64,000 bases of DNA from Vermamoeba vermiformis (Eukaryota), in assembly GCA_045837725.1 (NCBI GenBank), contig JBEWZL010000300.1:186001-250000 (forward strand), in the 5' to 3' direction. The notes beneath the pieces were generated by a model that was not told the DNA's origin, made no database searches, and saw only the letters and a list, made by a program, of their open reading frames with translations. A program made the translations under genes and the position numbers. Each line of letters starts with the position of its first letter. The first letter of the stretch is position 1. Below are positions 12,290 through 25,650 of this stretch, piece by piece.

Positions 12290-14503
12290 ATGGAGCAGAA
12301 ATTGAGCCAAAATCAACAAGTTCAACAGAGTTTGGATTCACCGTGGGCAGATTTAGCGTTACTCTCCGATTTTATGAGCAAAGAGCTCGTTAAAAAAATA
12401 GAATGGCGTGATGTCAAATTATTTATGGCTGTTAATCACAGCTGGCAGTCATTCTTCGGAGCAGATGCCGTCTGGAAATCATTGCTCGAGCAGCAGTATC
12501 CCTACCAAGCCGAAAGCGTTACAAAAGATTATTTTAAATCATTTAAGCATTTTTATGATTTATCCAACGGTAAGTAACGATTTTCAACCACATCTAAAAA
12601 ACCGAAATTTTATTTTTACCTTATTTAAGCTTCAAAAACTCAATCAATATTATTTTTACTTATACCCTAATTATAGGACTCCAATGCCCACATAAAGATG
12701 CAGCTCACGAAGGATCTGAGCGAGTTTGTCCGTGCGTGTTCAAAACTTTCATTACAGAGCGTAAAAACGCCCGTTTTATAGGCGTCGCTCGGAGATTTAC
12801 CGGAGTTAAATCGGAATATTATTATTGTTCTCCTACCTGGGAAGACGATTGTCCCTGCTCGTCAGGACCGACCGAAGATCGATTGTACAGATCTTATCCT
12901 GTCGTCTGCAAAGATTGCATGGATTTTATTATAGATGACAGCTATGTAGGACAACATATCGGAATGCCCGAAGAACAAATGCAAAGACTGGATGCGGAGT
13001 GGATCCACGAAGAATTTGTGTCGCTGTACAAATTTGATGCAATTAAAGCTATTCCAGGAAGCGAAAAATACATTGCAATTATTAAAGACCCTCGTAAGTA
13101 CTCATTTACGATAAATTATCACTCTCAAAGTGTCTTGTCAAAGTGACACGTGTCAAACATATTTTTCACAGCTGATTTTTTTTCCTTTTTTAGATCAAAT
13201 TGTGCTCGTAACATTCAAAGACAAACACGTGCATATAGAGCCATTGCTCCAAGAAGAAGAATTGACCAAGTTGTTGACCCTCGAGAAGCCATCCAAACCT
13301 GCTACTGAAGGTGACGAAAATGATTCTGATGACGATGATAATTACGATGCCCCGGACGATAATCAGCCGAAAAAGTTTGACTGCGTTGAGGTCTCTGCTT
13401 GTGGCAAATATGCAGCCATTTGTCAGGTATACAAAACCAGAGCTTTCGTGTACAATCTCAACGACAAGCGAGTTACATTTACACTACAGGTAAGCACAAT
13501 ATTTCATCTTAAATAATATATTAACAAAATATTTATATCAGTTGTATCACTAACAAATGAATTTTTATAGCGTGGCAATTATCAAGTACGAAATTCATCG
13601 TTTCCTTTGTCCTTCTTTACGCACGAAGGCAAGACACTGCTAATAGCTGGAAAACATTGGAACTACCTCGAAGTATACGACCCCGAGACTGGTGAAGCAC
13701 TGCGATCACGTGACGGTAAGAACTTTATTACCAAATTAGGAAAAGTTGGTCTAACATCGCTCCTCACAGTGACGGGCAAGCATTTGGAATTGTTCTGGTG
13801 CAGTTTAGAAGTATCACCCGATCAAAAATCAGCGTGCTCGTATGGCTGGGTGTGGCATCCCGTTGGAATGTTGGCTAGTTTTTCACTCGAAGATTGGATG
13901 ACCAAAGATATTTTTGCCAGCGAAGTACGCGTTGCTTTTCTTGTACATTGAAAATTCCTAACTTTTTTCTTAGAACGCAAAAATGGCGTTAGATTCTGAC
14001 ATGTGGGATACTGCTTTTTGCTTCGTTGATAATGACACGGTGGCGCTGTGGACTGAGACGAATTTAACTGGAATAGAAAACGAAATTGAAGTAGTGACGC
14101 CTTATGGAATCAACACTAAAAGACAAAAGAAGTCTGATATTGTTTTGGGCTATAATATTAAGACCAGTAAGTTTTTTATATGAAAATTTAAAACGGATCC
14201 GGGCATCCCACCAAAACAAACTTTTAAAATCTTATTTTAGGACATTTCACTCGCTTGGCTCTTCCAAATATTACATTTTATAATATAATGATGATCGATG
14301 GCTACCTCTATAGTCTTGATAAGAATGTCGGCATTCAAGTTACGGATCCAAAGAAAAACATCATTTTTAAGGTTAAAAACTGGACTCCAGCAACACTTGA
14401 ACTCATTCACGGCTACAACGCGCACACGAAACAATTCTTATCGCGCATGGCGTCGAATGAACATGCAACGACTTACTTGTTGTCGCACATCCAAAGGCAA
14501 TAA
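12290..14503 (+). CDS. Multi-exon protein of unknown function; weak F-box-like N-terminus and beta-propeller-like C-terminus
   Basis: Consecutive ORF pieces joined by GT-AG introns; LFMAVNHSWQ..DAVWKSL resembles an F-box end; VSACGKYAAI and VSPDQKSA are WD/PD40-like. Confidence 0.6.
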
Positions 14504-14733
14504 ACATGTAAATACATAATTGGTTTTAACTTCACCTTTGAACCTGAACCGATTCAGTCAAAAGTGTCAATTTGACACGTGTCAAAGTAAACCTCTGTGC
14601 TTATATGGGTAGTGCACCTACAGACCTAGTGGTTCCGACCGATACATCAAATGTTGTAATAACAAATGGGCGGAACTACTTCCAGGTTCAAAAATTATTC
14701 TTTGCTGCTTTTTTATTCAACAGCAACCTATCA

Positions 14734-16204
14734 TCATTCATAAAAATAGTCCTCCAACCAAGTCATTTGCTCTCGCAGCCAATCACTGGCGACTGGAAAG
14801 CCGCCAATCAACGGCGTAAAATCCAGTACGCGCAGTGACGTCAGCACGGTGTAGTATTCTTGGTTGATTTGGCCTGTGTATCGCAGGGACAGCTGCGTCA
14901 AGTGCGATAATGCTGTCAAACTGCAAATGATTGGTCCATCGGGTGAGTCGCAGCTGTGAATTAACGACTCTAATGTCGTGCATTTTGTAACGTTTGACCA
15001 AAATTGACCGGACTGGATCGGCATTTGATTGCGGAATAATTTTATCGGAGCTATTTCGAGGAACTTGTAATCGCTATTATCGTTCAATTCGACGATTAGA
15101 TCCGTCAAATTTTTCATGAAACACAAGTCGCTTTCGATAGTCGAAACACAAACGTCCAGCAAGCACAATTCTTCCAAATTCGTTAGAGCTGATAATGAGG
15201 CATTTAAAGTCAGATCCAAATTGCTTCTACGAGGGACTTCCAAGCTGAGCACTTTTAACTTTGTCAATTTTGAAATTTCCTCGAAATCGTGTATATTCTT
15301 GGTTTGAACACGAATGCTCGTCAAATTAGTTAATACAGACATATTGATTCTGCCAGTTGGTTCCATTAGATCGTGCTCGTAAATTGTCAGATATTTCAAA
15401 TTTGTTAATCTCGATAAATCTCTGTAGTAGATCTGCTGGTAGGCGGCTATGTATAGGTGTGTTAATCGATTCGAATTAATGAACCTCAAGAATTGACTGT
15501 CCACTGCATATTCAGGTCCACTTCCAGTGTCAACATGCAATTCTTCAAGATCTGTTAACGAAGCCAAAAACGAGCTATCTTTCATCTTCAAAGCCATATT
15601 TAAATGGCGTAGCTTCACTAAATTTGATATAGTTGAATTTGAAGAGTTTTTAGCTGCGACAAGCCAGGTTAGGTTTGTGTTATTGCTGAGATCCGCGTCT
15701 GGCCAAGTAAGTAATAATTTCTTCAGTGCTCGCAATTCACTGAACGGAAAGTCCGTACGAACCGCTGAATAACCGCAGTCGAAATAAGTTAGGTTGGACC
15801 AATATGGTATTAGTGATGACGGAGCGTCACGAGCGAAAGAGCATTTGTTCAGGTTGGTCAAATCCGTCAGTTTAAGCAAGTCCTCCCCGTTGACAAACAA
15901 CTCGCGAGTCTGTAATGCTGATAAATTCGACAATTTTGATATATTTTCCAACAAATCTCCGCTATCTACAGGTCCAGGTGGGTTGATCCTGAGGCTGATC
16001 AAAGTAGTGCTGTAATATTTCAGTAACCGGTCGCACACGTCTGCAAAATTAGGGGTAATTTCTTCTTGTAAAATCACAAAGTCTGTGCTGAATAATAAGG
16101 CTCGAAACAATCTGTTAGTGGCTCGTGTTGCGCGCACGGTACTTTGATCCAGGTATGATAATATCTGTTGCACAATCTCTTTTGGCAGACTATCAAAACC
16201 GCTC
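14734..16204 (-). CDS. F-box + LRR protein (5' end uncertain)
   Basis: FDSLPKEIVQQILSYLD..RATNRLFR F-box followed by many LxxLTNLxxL repeats in a 479-aa exon. Confidence 0.85.
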
Positions 16205-16553
16205 TAAAATTGCATATAATTAATAAGACATAATTTTTAAAAATAGTGGTGTTTCCCGTGTAGAATCTGATCTTAAAATCGTTGAAGACGGCAATTTACG
16301 ACAAGCGCGATTATTCATGCTTTAGAAATTCTCATGACATTATTACCTTGGATATTTCCATGGTTTAGTGGTGCGTAAATCGAAAACGAGTTGTGAAATG
16401 GATTTGGGAGCAAACACGATTTTTTATTGTACAACGCTCCAATGTTTGTAAGTTTTTCCGTTAATATCATTTGTGTGCTATTTACAGAGCTTTTGTTGTA
16501 TTCTCTATTCATTTTCGGTACATGAACAGAAAAACAAGAGGATCCAAAAGTTT

Positions 16554-18244
16554 TTAAAGTCCTTCGTTCAAGACCTCAAAATTATAGCGCAGCTTGTCTT
16601 TTGGACTTTCTTCGTGAAAACTCGACGAAGAACTAGAGCCCCAAAAGCTAGAACTGCTGCCGTACCGACTCGTTTGCTGCGCTGGCTCGGGCTGTGTCTC
16701 GCGCACGACTTCAATCGTCTTGTCCTCGAGCAGTCGTTTCAGCACTTGACTGCTTTGCACTTCAACTGTCTCGCTGCCCAAGTTTGAGATCTGATGTAGC
16801 AGCGCGTCTTCACTCTTTGGCAACGAAGTCGCTGGCTGTGCGTTGATCCAACTCTTAACGCGCGTCACAAGTGTCGCTTTGGTGTCAACTTCTTTGCCGT
16901 ACGAGTCCCAGCCCCATTGCGAGCTGTGTCGAGCGCTGTACGTGTTCACTGATGTACTCGGAGCCGCTGCATTTGTCGATTCAACGCGGCCCGGGAAGAA
17001 CTGTGAGCCACACGCAGCACACGTGCTGATAAACCCTTCGCGGCGTAACTCGTCGAAGCATTCTCGAGGATCTAACGGCTTTTTGATCGTGCACATCTTC
17101 GCGATCGAGTTTTGGAACTTAGCGCGGGTCTTGGGAAGATTCTGTGGACGTTCTTTGCACGAATTTATCCACTTTTTCACGCGGTTGACAGCAATGTCTA
17201 GATCTGGCAGTCCCATGTCAACGTCATCGACACTCGAGTTCGAGCCATTTGACGACTTCATGCCACTACGGAAGCCTTCGCTTGCGAGCTCGTGGCTGGA
17301 CTTCAAAGCAGTGAAGTTCATGCTTTGGATGACTTCGTTCTTGAAGGGAATCAAGTGACGCAAGAGATTGGCTCCAGTGTCTTTCTTCAAATCGACAATA
17401 TCGAGCACGCGACTCTTTTGAAGCTCACTGATGACTGGCAGCTGTCTGATGTTTTGGTTGGCTGACATCAGGGTCATTTTAGTCGACGACGGCAACAACT
17501 TGTGCATCACGTAGCAATAATAGCCGAATACTGAGAGCCATCTAGAAGGTATAATTAGCTCAATGCTCGCATCTCTAATATTAAAATAACGTACCCTGGT
17601 TGTTTCTTCAATCGCTTGGGCATCAATCGTTGAGCATTCGGAGCCATTCTGTGCGAACAAGTTGTTTTGCAAGTCGCGCAGGCAGGTGCAAAGAACGAAT
17701 CTTTGCAGAATACGACGATAGCGCCCTCGGGAATAGTCTTCGAATAAAGCAAATGAAACACCATTGGTCCGATCCCGGATGCACGAATGCTATTTAAGTT
17801 TGTTTCGTTAATTTCACCAATGTTAATAATTTAAACTTGATACGTACCTCTCAATATCAACTAATACGCAGAAGGTAACCGCTGCTGGAATATCTGTCTT
17901 CAGCTGTTGGATTTCGGCCTCCTTTAGGTTGATCGCGCTGAAATTTTCAGGAGTAGAGTCTGTAAGCATTATTTGTTACTCTATTATCATTTTTAGGGAA
18001 TTTATAGTCTTACCAACCCTTTGCTTTTTCTTAGGCTGTTCTACGACCTGTTCTTCAGAATTCTCTGTCGTAAATAATTTTAGTTTTATTTACAACTAGA
18101 GTATAATGAAGGCAATATATTCGTGGCTGTAGAAAATAATAAGGAAAATTTTAAAATAATTAATCGATCATTTTAAATTTCAGATCGTGACTTACCCTCG
18201 GCATCCATTACTGCCCAATCGCCCCACTTTGATGATCCACTCAT
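16554..18244 (-). CDS. Unknown protein with possible NYN/PIN-like N-terminal domain and duplicated C-terminal module
   Basis: Spliced model MSGSSKWGDW...FCVLVDIE...KKQPG|WLSVFGYY; C-terminal repeat RVKKWINSCKERPQNLPKT / RVKSWINAQPATSLPKS. Confidence 0.6.
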
Positions 18245-18485
18245 GATGTATACTTCTCGTGTGTTGTTACTATCTTTTCTTCATAACGAGTTTTGCGAGT
18301 ATTTAAGCCTGCTCTTGGATTTTCCGACAATTTTCTGGCCAGAATCAGTTTGTCCACAAAATATCAGAACTTTCCGCAACCATTCCTCTGTGAATACGAA
18401 GAGACCAGATTATAGATCATTTCCCCTCGAGAGAAGCTTGCAATTTGAAGTATGGAAGCTTTCGTTCTAGTAGCGTAGATCGGCC

Positions 18486-21400
18486 CTACTTGGCAGGTTT
18501 CTTCTTTGCGAGCGAGCACAACATCGTTAAAATAATGTCGAACATCTCTCCAAAGCCTTCCATCGTCTTCGCGGACCCTTCGACATAACAACCGTCGATC
18601 TGACAAGTAGCAAAGAATTAAGTCTGGATCTAGGACCAGTTCGATAGCGTACCTTCTCAGCATACTGACAGCGCTCTGTATGCTCAGGTTGATGCATGTT
18701 TCTTTCTTCGGGTGTCATAAGGTCGAGCTTGGTTCCGAGCAACAATATCGGTGCTTGCGCGTTCTTCTCTCGTGCCCAAGGAACCCACTAAAAAGATAGA
18801 TAGAAACTTAGTACTAATCCCTGTACAATACACGCGCAGACAGTTCGTTGTTCGGCAGGGAAAGCAAGGAGCAAAAAGAGAAAAAAAAAAGAGGAATCCG
18901 ACCTGCCGGAATCGAACCAGCGACCTAAGGATTGATGCTTCACTACAGTCCTCCGCTCTACCGACTGAGCTAAGGTCGGTTTGTTGATTTGCCTCGTGCC
19001 GACCCACTGGACCACACCAGTAAAGCATAAAGCAGGCTGAAACTTTCAGACAAACTGAAAAAAGGGTCGCGAAGAGATGATTGATTCGCGTCACCGTAGC
19101 TAGCTTGCCGAAGGAGTGTCGCATTGCAAGCACGAGCAGCCTTCAAGCAAAACGACGTTCTCACCGCAACATAAACCGTTCTCGAAATTTAGGCTTGGTT
19201 AAACACAAAAAATCAATAAATAAATTAATTTCAAATCAATTTAAGTTCAGACGAGAGCTAGTGAAGGCATAGGTATTTAAGCAGGCCAAAAAGTAAAAAA
19301 TAAATCTCCAACACCGGGAATCGAACCCGGGTCACCCGCGTGACAGGCGGATATGCTGAACCCCTACACCATGTCGGATTGTTGAACGCCGTCAAAGCTT
19401 TTTTCTGCTCGCCCCAGTTCGGTAAACAAACGAACTCGAGCCTTGCTGCTTTCCCGGACCAGAACCGTCTTCGCAACCCAATATATCAAAAGGGGTGGCT
19501 TACCTTGAGTTTGACATTGCGGAATGATTCGGCGTTGTCCAAAGCAAACACGATGACGATACAGCAGGCTACAGGGAAGCACAGGTTGAGCTTGGAAACC
19601 ATGTCGGGATGGTCACCAATGTCCCACAATTCAACTTCGTTGCCGTCCACTAAAAGGTTTGGTTAATCCAGATAACCAAGTTAGGTAGTAGTTACAACGT
19701 ACATTTCACTTTTGTCATGTCAAAAGTTGAAGGCGTGTATTGGGTTGGGAAGGCTCCTAATTTAGCCTAGGATATAAGTTAGTTCACATTCGTTCAAGCC
19801 TTGAGGGTACTTTGCATACCTTAATTGCGGCAGTTTTGCCACAGTTTGCATCACCAACGAACAACACGATTTGATTCTTGCCGAGCTTGACTTTCTTTCG
19901 TGCATCTTCACGGTACTTCCAGCCACGCATTGCTTTCTTGACAATTAATGACTCACCACTCTCGTAGTATTTGTAGTCTCTGCCTTCTGTCAGATTTTGA
20001 GGCAATCCTGATTTGGGTAGTGCAGGCAAAGGATCTTCATATACGGGAACATGGGTACGCGGGCTCGTTGAAGGTCTAGGCGGCGGTGTTTCTTCAGCAG
20101 GGTCAGGTTTGTCAGGCACCGTTGGTGAAGGGTTGGGTCGTGGTGGCGGGCTCGGATCAGATGGAGGCATTGGCGGCGGAGGTTGTTTTGGCACGCGCAT
20201 TACGAGTGGTGATTTTGGTTTAGCGTTACCAGCCGGTACCTTGACTGTGGCAGGTTGTTTAGGTGCAGGTTGAACAGGCGGCACAGGCTTTTCTTCGACT
20301 GGCGATGCAGTGCTTGGGGTGGTAGGTGCCGAGGAGGATGTTGAAGTGCCCTTCGGACTTTTTGTTTTAGCCAAGGGAATCTTTGGCAACGGCTTCTTAG
20401 TGTGTGCATTCGGCAGATCCGAGTTCCGCGGTGACAGGTTCAGATTGTCAATAGCAGGAATGGCACTTGGATCAATTGTATTTCTGCGTTTAGGTGCTGC
20501 GGGACTTGGTGCTAAACTGTTGGTGGTTTGCGGGCCTTGCATGCCTATCTGAGGCACGTGCTGTTGGTGAGCTTCGTTGGCCATTGGAGCAGGCACAGAC
20601 ATGGGACGCGGTGGTTGTTGAGTAGGCAACATCACGGGCACGTATTGTGGATTAACGTCGCCCGCTGGACTGATGTTGATTTGTGGCGGTGGTGCGGAAT
20701 AGTTATGTGTGGGGGGCATACTTTGAGGCTGAATATGCTGGTGTGGTGGCATGTGCTGGTGCATCATTGGTTGGTGCTGATATTGGGGTGGCGGCATATG
20801 ATTATTGTGCTGATGTACTGGCATCGGAGGCACCGCCGTGGGTTGTGGTGGGTACGCGGATCCACCATCGTGCATTGGTACTTGTGGATACTGCGGCGGT
20901 GGTTGATAAGAATTGTAGTGCTCAGCATGCATGAACTGACCTATATATATGAAAGTATTTAGCGACAATAGACTTTTATATTTCGTCTTACTTGGAGGTG
21001 GGGTAGAAAATACACGTGATGCTCGATTGACCGGTGGTGGTCCACCAAGCGGTGCTGAACAGAATAAAACGTTTAAAAATGGTGTATAATAATAAATAAA
21101 ACATACGTTGATTAGGCATTATATTTGGTTGTTGATAGAACTGTGGATCTGGTTGTAACATCCGCGAGTTCCGATCGACGGGTGGTGGAACATTGTTAAA
21201 TGATGGCATCGGATTATTATCATAATACGGCTGATTTGGAGGGTACGGCGTGCTATTATAATTGTCTGCAGGCTTGGAGTAACGATTTACTGGTGGAGGC
21301 TGATCTGCTTGCGAAATTATGATTATAAATCGTGCTTGTAATATTATCATATTATTTCATTAATAGATACGATTTACAAGCCTTATATTGCTTCTTAAAA

Positions 21401-21505
21401 TTAAAAAGATTCTTAAATTTTCATTTTCAGGAATATAACCTTTCGTTCATGACCCAATTTATTCGCTTTTAAATAGCTACATTTAAATTGATTACCTTGA
21501 TACAT
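18486..21505 (-). CDS. Atypical Rho-like small GTPase with long Pro/Gln/His-rich N-terminus
   Basis: G1 FVGDANCGKT, YTPSTFD, VELWDIGDH, SFRNVKLKWVP, G4 LLGTKLDL, G5 YVEGSAKT; ends KKKPAK with no CAAX. Confidence 0.85.
18897..18979 (-). tRNA. trnY-GTA: tRNA-Tyr(GTA) with 10-nt intron
   Basis: Identical by eye to 1519-1601. Confidence 0.97.
19306..19378 (-). tRNA. trnD-GTC: tRNA-Asp(GTC)
   Basis: Identical by eye to 1906-1978. Confidence 0.97.
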
Positions 21506-21747
21506 GGTTGTTACAGTTGAGTAATTGCTTTCTGCTTTGCGAAGAGTTGGATGTGGGTGAATCAAAATAATAAAGACATCTAAATACGAATAATAAATGT
21601 CGAACTACTTTAGTTGTATATAGTTCTAAAAAATAACAAATTTCGGTGTGATTTTCTCGTGCACTTTACGTATTTTTTGTCGTGCGATATTTTGTGCCTT
21701 GCAACGGTAACACGAACACAAGTCAATGCTCATGACCCTCATATAAG

Positions 21748-23547
21748 ATGAGTATATTGCAAAATAAGATGGGTCTAGTCGCTGCGGCACTTCTAGCCCT
21801 GCAGATCGCGGCAAGCGGGTAAGATCAAGATCCAGAACGAAAAATTATTGCCGTTATCTCAAATCCGATAAATTTATAAAAATGCATTATATAGTTATAT
21901 GTAAATATAGCTATGATTGCCAAACGGAAATTTTCTAATGATCATGGTTGGATTTAGTGGCACGATTATCAGCCGGTTTGGCTTGAAGCAAATACACCCG
22001 ATGATTTTCGGATTTTTTCGAATATCATTCGCATCTACAGTATTATCTGGTTTAGCTGCCGCCGTAGATCGTAAGTCGGACCTTCGGATCGTTGATCGAA
22101 CAAAACCTCCGATCACATTAATTAACTTCGATTAAAGGGACTAAACCGCAGAAAACTGAATTTGGATGGTTCTTTTTATTAGGATTTTGCGGTATGTAAA
22201 TAACTAGCGAAAATAGTATTTCGAAAACTCGATCTACTTTTAATAGTGATCCGTTGTACGGGACACCAAGAAAAGTCTTCAAGTCTGTGTACATAGAACT
22301 ATATTAATATTATTATAGGCATCTTTTGCAATCAGCTACTCTTTCTGTTTGGCGTTTATTTTGCCGGCGCAATTGTTGCATCCATTTTACAGGTACGTTA
22401 AAATAAATTAACTCAGTCGATTTAAATTAATTATATTATATATAGCCAGTGGCACCTGTATTTACGTCGATATTGGCCTTAGCAGTCGGTTATGAAAAGT
22501 TTTCAATTTTGAAGGTAACAGTTGTAGATCGAGATCAATTTTTTTTCCTTTAATTAACGAGTGTTATATAGATCGTTGGTGTATTATGCTCAGTAGCAGG
22601 AGCACTGACTATGGTCGATTATGAACACTTTGAATTGCGTGGCTCACAGACGATTGGATTTTTAATGTTACTATTGCAACAAGTTATTGGTGCTGTGTTT
22701 TTAGTATTTCAAAGAAAACTACTCGCAAAGTAAGTACATAGAGTTATATTATACTACTATAATATCTATTCGTAATAAATTTAATCGATGAAATTTCTTT
22801 TGGTACATCCACCTGCGGATCTAATTTTTGAATTCTTTGCAGGTATCCGATGATTACGGCAACGGCGGGGATATTTGTTACAGGTGCTATGTATATGACA
22901 ATAGCATTTGTCATCTTCTTATCGGTCTCATCAACTGATATTTGGAATTTTGATGCTGGACGAGCCGCTTGGACATTAGCGTACACTATTTGCGTGCAAA
23001 GCGTGCTTGGATATTTATTAATAGCTTATGGAGTTAAACATACTGATAGTTCTATCGTCGCTGCATCGAATACTCTTCAAGTAAGAAAAAAATTATTTTG
23101 GATGTGGATCTGATTTTTTATTTTAAGCCGCCAATGGTTGCTGTATTAGCGCATATTATTTTCGAAGAAGATATTACAGCTAGACAGATTATAGGAGGCC
23201 TATTAATCATCACTGGGCTTATTGTAGTCTCGTTCCAAAAATATCGCGAAAACAAAGCCGCTCAATTACAACAAATGATTTTATTAGCGCAAGAAGAAGA
23301 GAAAAATAATAACGAGGAGAATAAGGAACATAAAAAGAAAGAAAAGAAAGTGGCTGTTGATAAAGAACATTTATTGCCGTCGAGCAACGAAGATCTTGAA
23401 ACAGATACTTCAACGGACATTAATATTGATATTGACGAGCAACAAGTGCCGTTAGAAGATGACTATGACCAGCAACAGAGTAACGAATTATCATTTTCAG
23501 TTAATATTGTTGATGACAAAGAGGAAATCGAAAATGGACGGATCTGA
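21748..23547 (+). CDS. EamA/DMT-family transporter, multi-exon
   Basis: About 10 hydrophobic helices; HPMIFGFFRI, QPVAPVFT, VKHTDSSIVAASNTLQPPMVAVLAHIIFEE..QIIGGLLIITGL; acidic tail. Confidence 0.88.
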
Positions 23548-23646
23548 TCTGGATCTCAAAATCAGAATGAGAAACACATGTAAATAGTCTGCGGAATTAA
23601 ATAACACGAATATTTAACTCGAAATAATGATTTTATTCGCATAATT

Positions 23647-25512
23647 TTACCATTTAAGGACACTTTGCATGATTTTAATCATCTAAACAAAAATTTATCG
23701 TTAAAAGACTATTCTACAAATTAATTAAATATGGATTACCTTAGCAGCCATTTTAGCATCGCCAGAGACGCTAGGATGACCATCACATCCGTAATCATGC
23801 GCCGGATCAGTCAGCGTTCCTTTCATGTTGATAAAAAATACTCGTTTGTTGCCTTGCGCATTCAAATCATCAACTACGCGACCAACATATACATCGGGGT
23901 CATTAGGCAAGGGTCCAACGGCTAAGAATACAATGGGTGGTACTCTAAATTCCGAGAAAAAAAAAACACGTTTTAGGCGTCAGATCTGCAACGAGTTTGC
24001 ACGGGCGAGCGGCAATTATACGTACCCAGTAGTATTGTAAGTTGTTTGGACGTAGTCGACGAGTCTCTTGTAGCCATTGAAGACCTGTTGATATGAAGGC
24101 CACGCGCTCTGTGGTGGTGAAAAGTCGTTGCCTCCGAGTGTAATAACCACCGCGTCAGAATCAATCAGTTCCCACTGCGTAGGGTCCCACACACTATCTG
24201 ACTCGGTAGGCAAGGTACGAGGATAGTAACTGTATTATAATATTAATACATAGGACTAGTTTCAAGGATGAATTATTTCTTACAATCCGATCGGATCTGG
24301 TGAAGTGCTGTTTTTGCTGCCAGCATTGCGAACGATCCCTTTACCACTCCTTAACATATAATGAATATAGATCTATCTCAATAAGCAAAGACGTACCAGC
24401 ATTGCAAATGATAATCAGCATTCAAAGCCATCGCCGTAACAGTGGCAAACGACAAATGTGCATTTCTACGAATAGTTTAAAATTAATCATGCATATATTA
24501 TAAATAATACTATTAATATGACTTACTGTGTGGCTTGAGTGAATGAACACGGTGCTTGACCTTCATTGCCAAAAGCACAGGTCAACGAGTCTCCAATAAA
24601 TTCAATGCGATGAGGACGTTGCGCACCTAATATGAATATTAAGCACTGTATGACCAATAATATAATATTATAATCATTACTTCGAATATTTTTGCTGGAT
24701 CTCGGAGTTACGTCTTGTGGATTTAAAGGCTGGTTATTAGTAGTCGATACATCGAAGCCAAGGAATGCAGCAGGACCCCAAAATGCTTCAGTGCGCTTTT
24801 CAACACGAATAGCAATAGGAGTACTATATTTAGAGCTATCACCAAGCGAATATAATTGCGAGCCAGTGGATGTGTTCAAAACCATAACGACAGCATTGGT
24901 CTTTTAAGAGCGTTAATCGTGAATATAATATCGATAGAATAGGTATATACATTTAAGTCCCAAATATTGTATCTATTGCCTTGTTGACCTTTTTCTGTCA
25001 AGTAGATGCCGATCGAGTTGACACCCGAAGTTGTCAAATGCAAATCGATTGAAACACCTGACCATTCGAACCTTTAATTATTTAATTAGTTATTTAGACG
25101 CATTAAAGATATAAAATGTGCGCAGAATGTGAAAATATTTCTGATCAAGATCCGCAGATATTTTTATTCCGCTAGTAATTGCTAATTTTTTTCTTTTATT
25201 ATATTTATCGTATAAATTACCATACATTAAGTTTATATAGGTTTTATCACCCCTAAATTGTCGCTTGATTTTATAAATTTTCTACAACAAATTCATTGCA
25301 AAACTACGTCGCGCCATCGTATTATTTATCACTCTAATTACATAAAAGCTGTTTAATACGTACCAAACAGCCTGTTCAATATTTGAAAGATCAAATCGAC
25401 CGCGATAAGAGATACTAGCAGCGTTCGGGTTGATCAGATCCGCATTTATAAGGCTAGAGCAGCCCAATAAGAATACAGATACTAATATACATAAGTTGCT
25501 CGTATTTTTCAT
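23647..25512 (-). CDS. Secreted SGNH/GDSL hydrolase, carbohydrate esterase family 2-like
   Basis: Signal peptide; YRGRF, FEWSGV, EKRTEA; RIEFIGDSLTCAFGNEG; DAVVITLGGNDF; GCDGHPS (DxxH-type). Confidence 0.88.
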
Positions 25513-25650
25513 TTTTAATCCAGTTTTTTGTGTGACTGGATCGCAACGAAAGTGTGAATGAAAAAAATTCTTCCAAACGTTTGTCTTTCTGAATAATTCT
25601 TGAATTCGAGCGTTAATTAAGCTATATTGAACACAAGTGAGGCTATAAGC

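Larger units (their letters stand above)
18788..19503 (-). mobile_element. 716-nt spliceosomal intron carrying tRNA-Asp and tRNA-Tyr (copy B)
   Basis: Donor CAAG|GTAAGC at 19503, branch TACTAAG, acceptor TTTTAG| at 18788; splicing restores ...SFRNVKLK|WVPWARE in the GTPase. Homologous to 1417-2106. Confidence 0.6.

Noticed and set aside
1417-19503. Segmental duplication as the explanation for the repeated tRNA pair
   Set aside because: Flanking exons encode unrelated domains and homology stops at intron signals.
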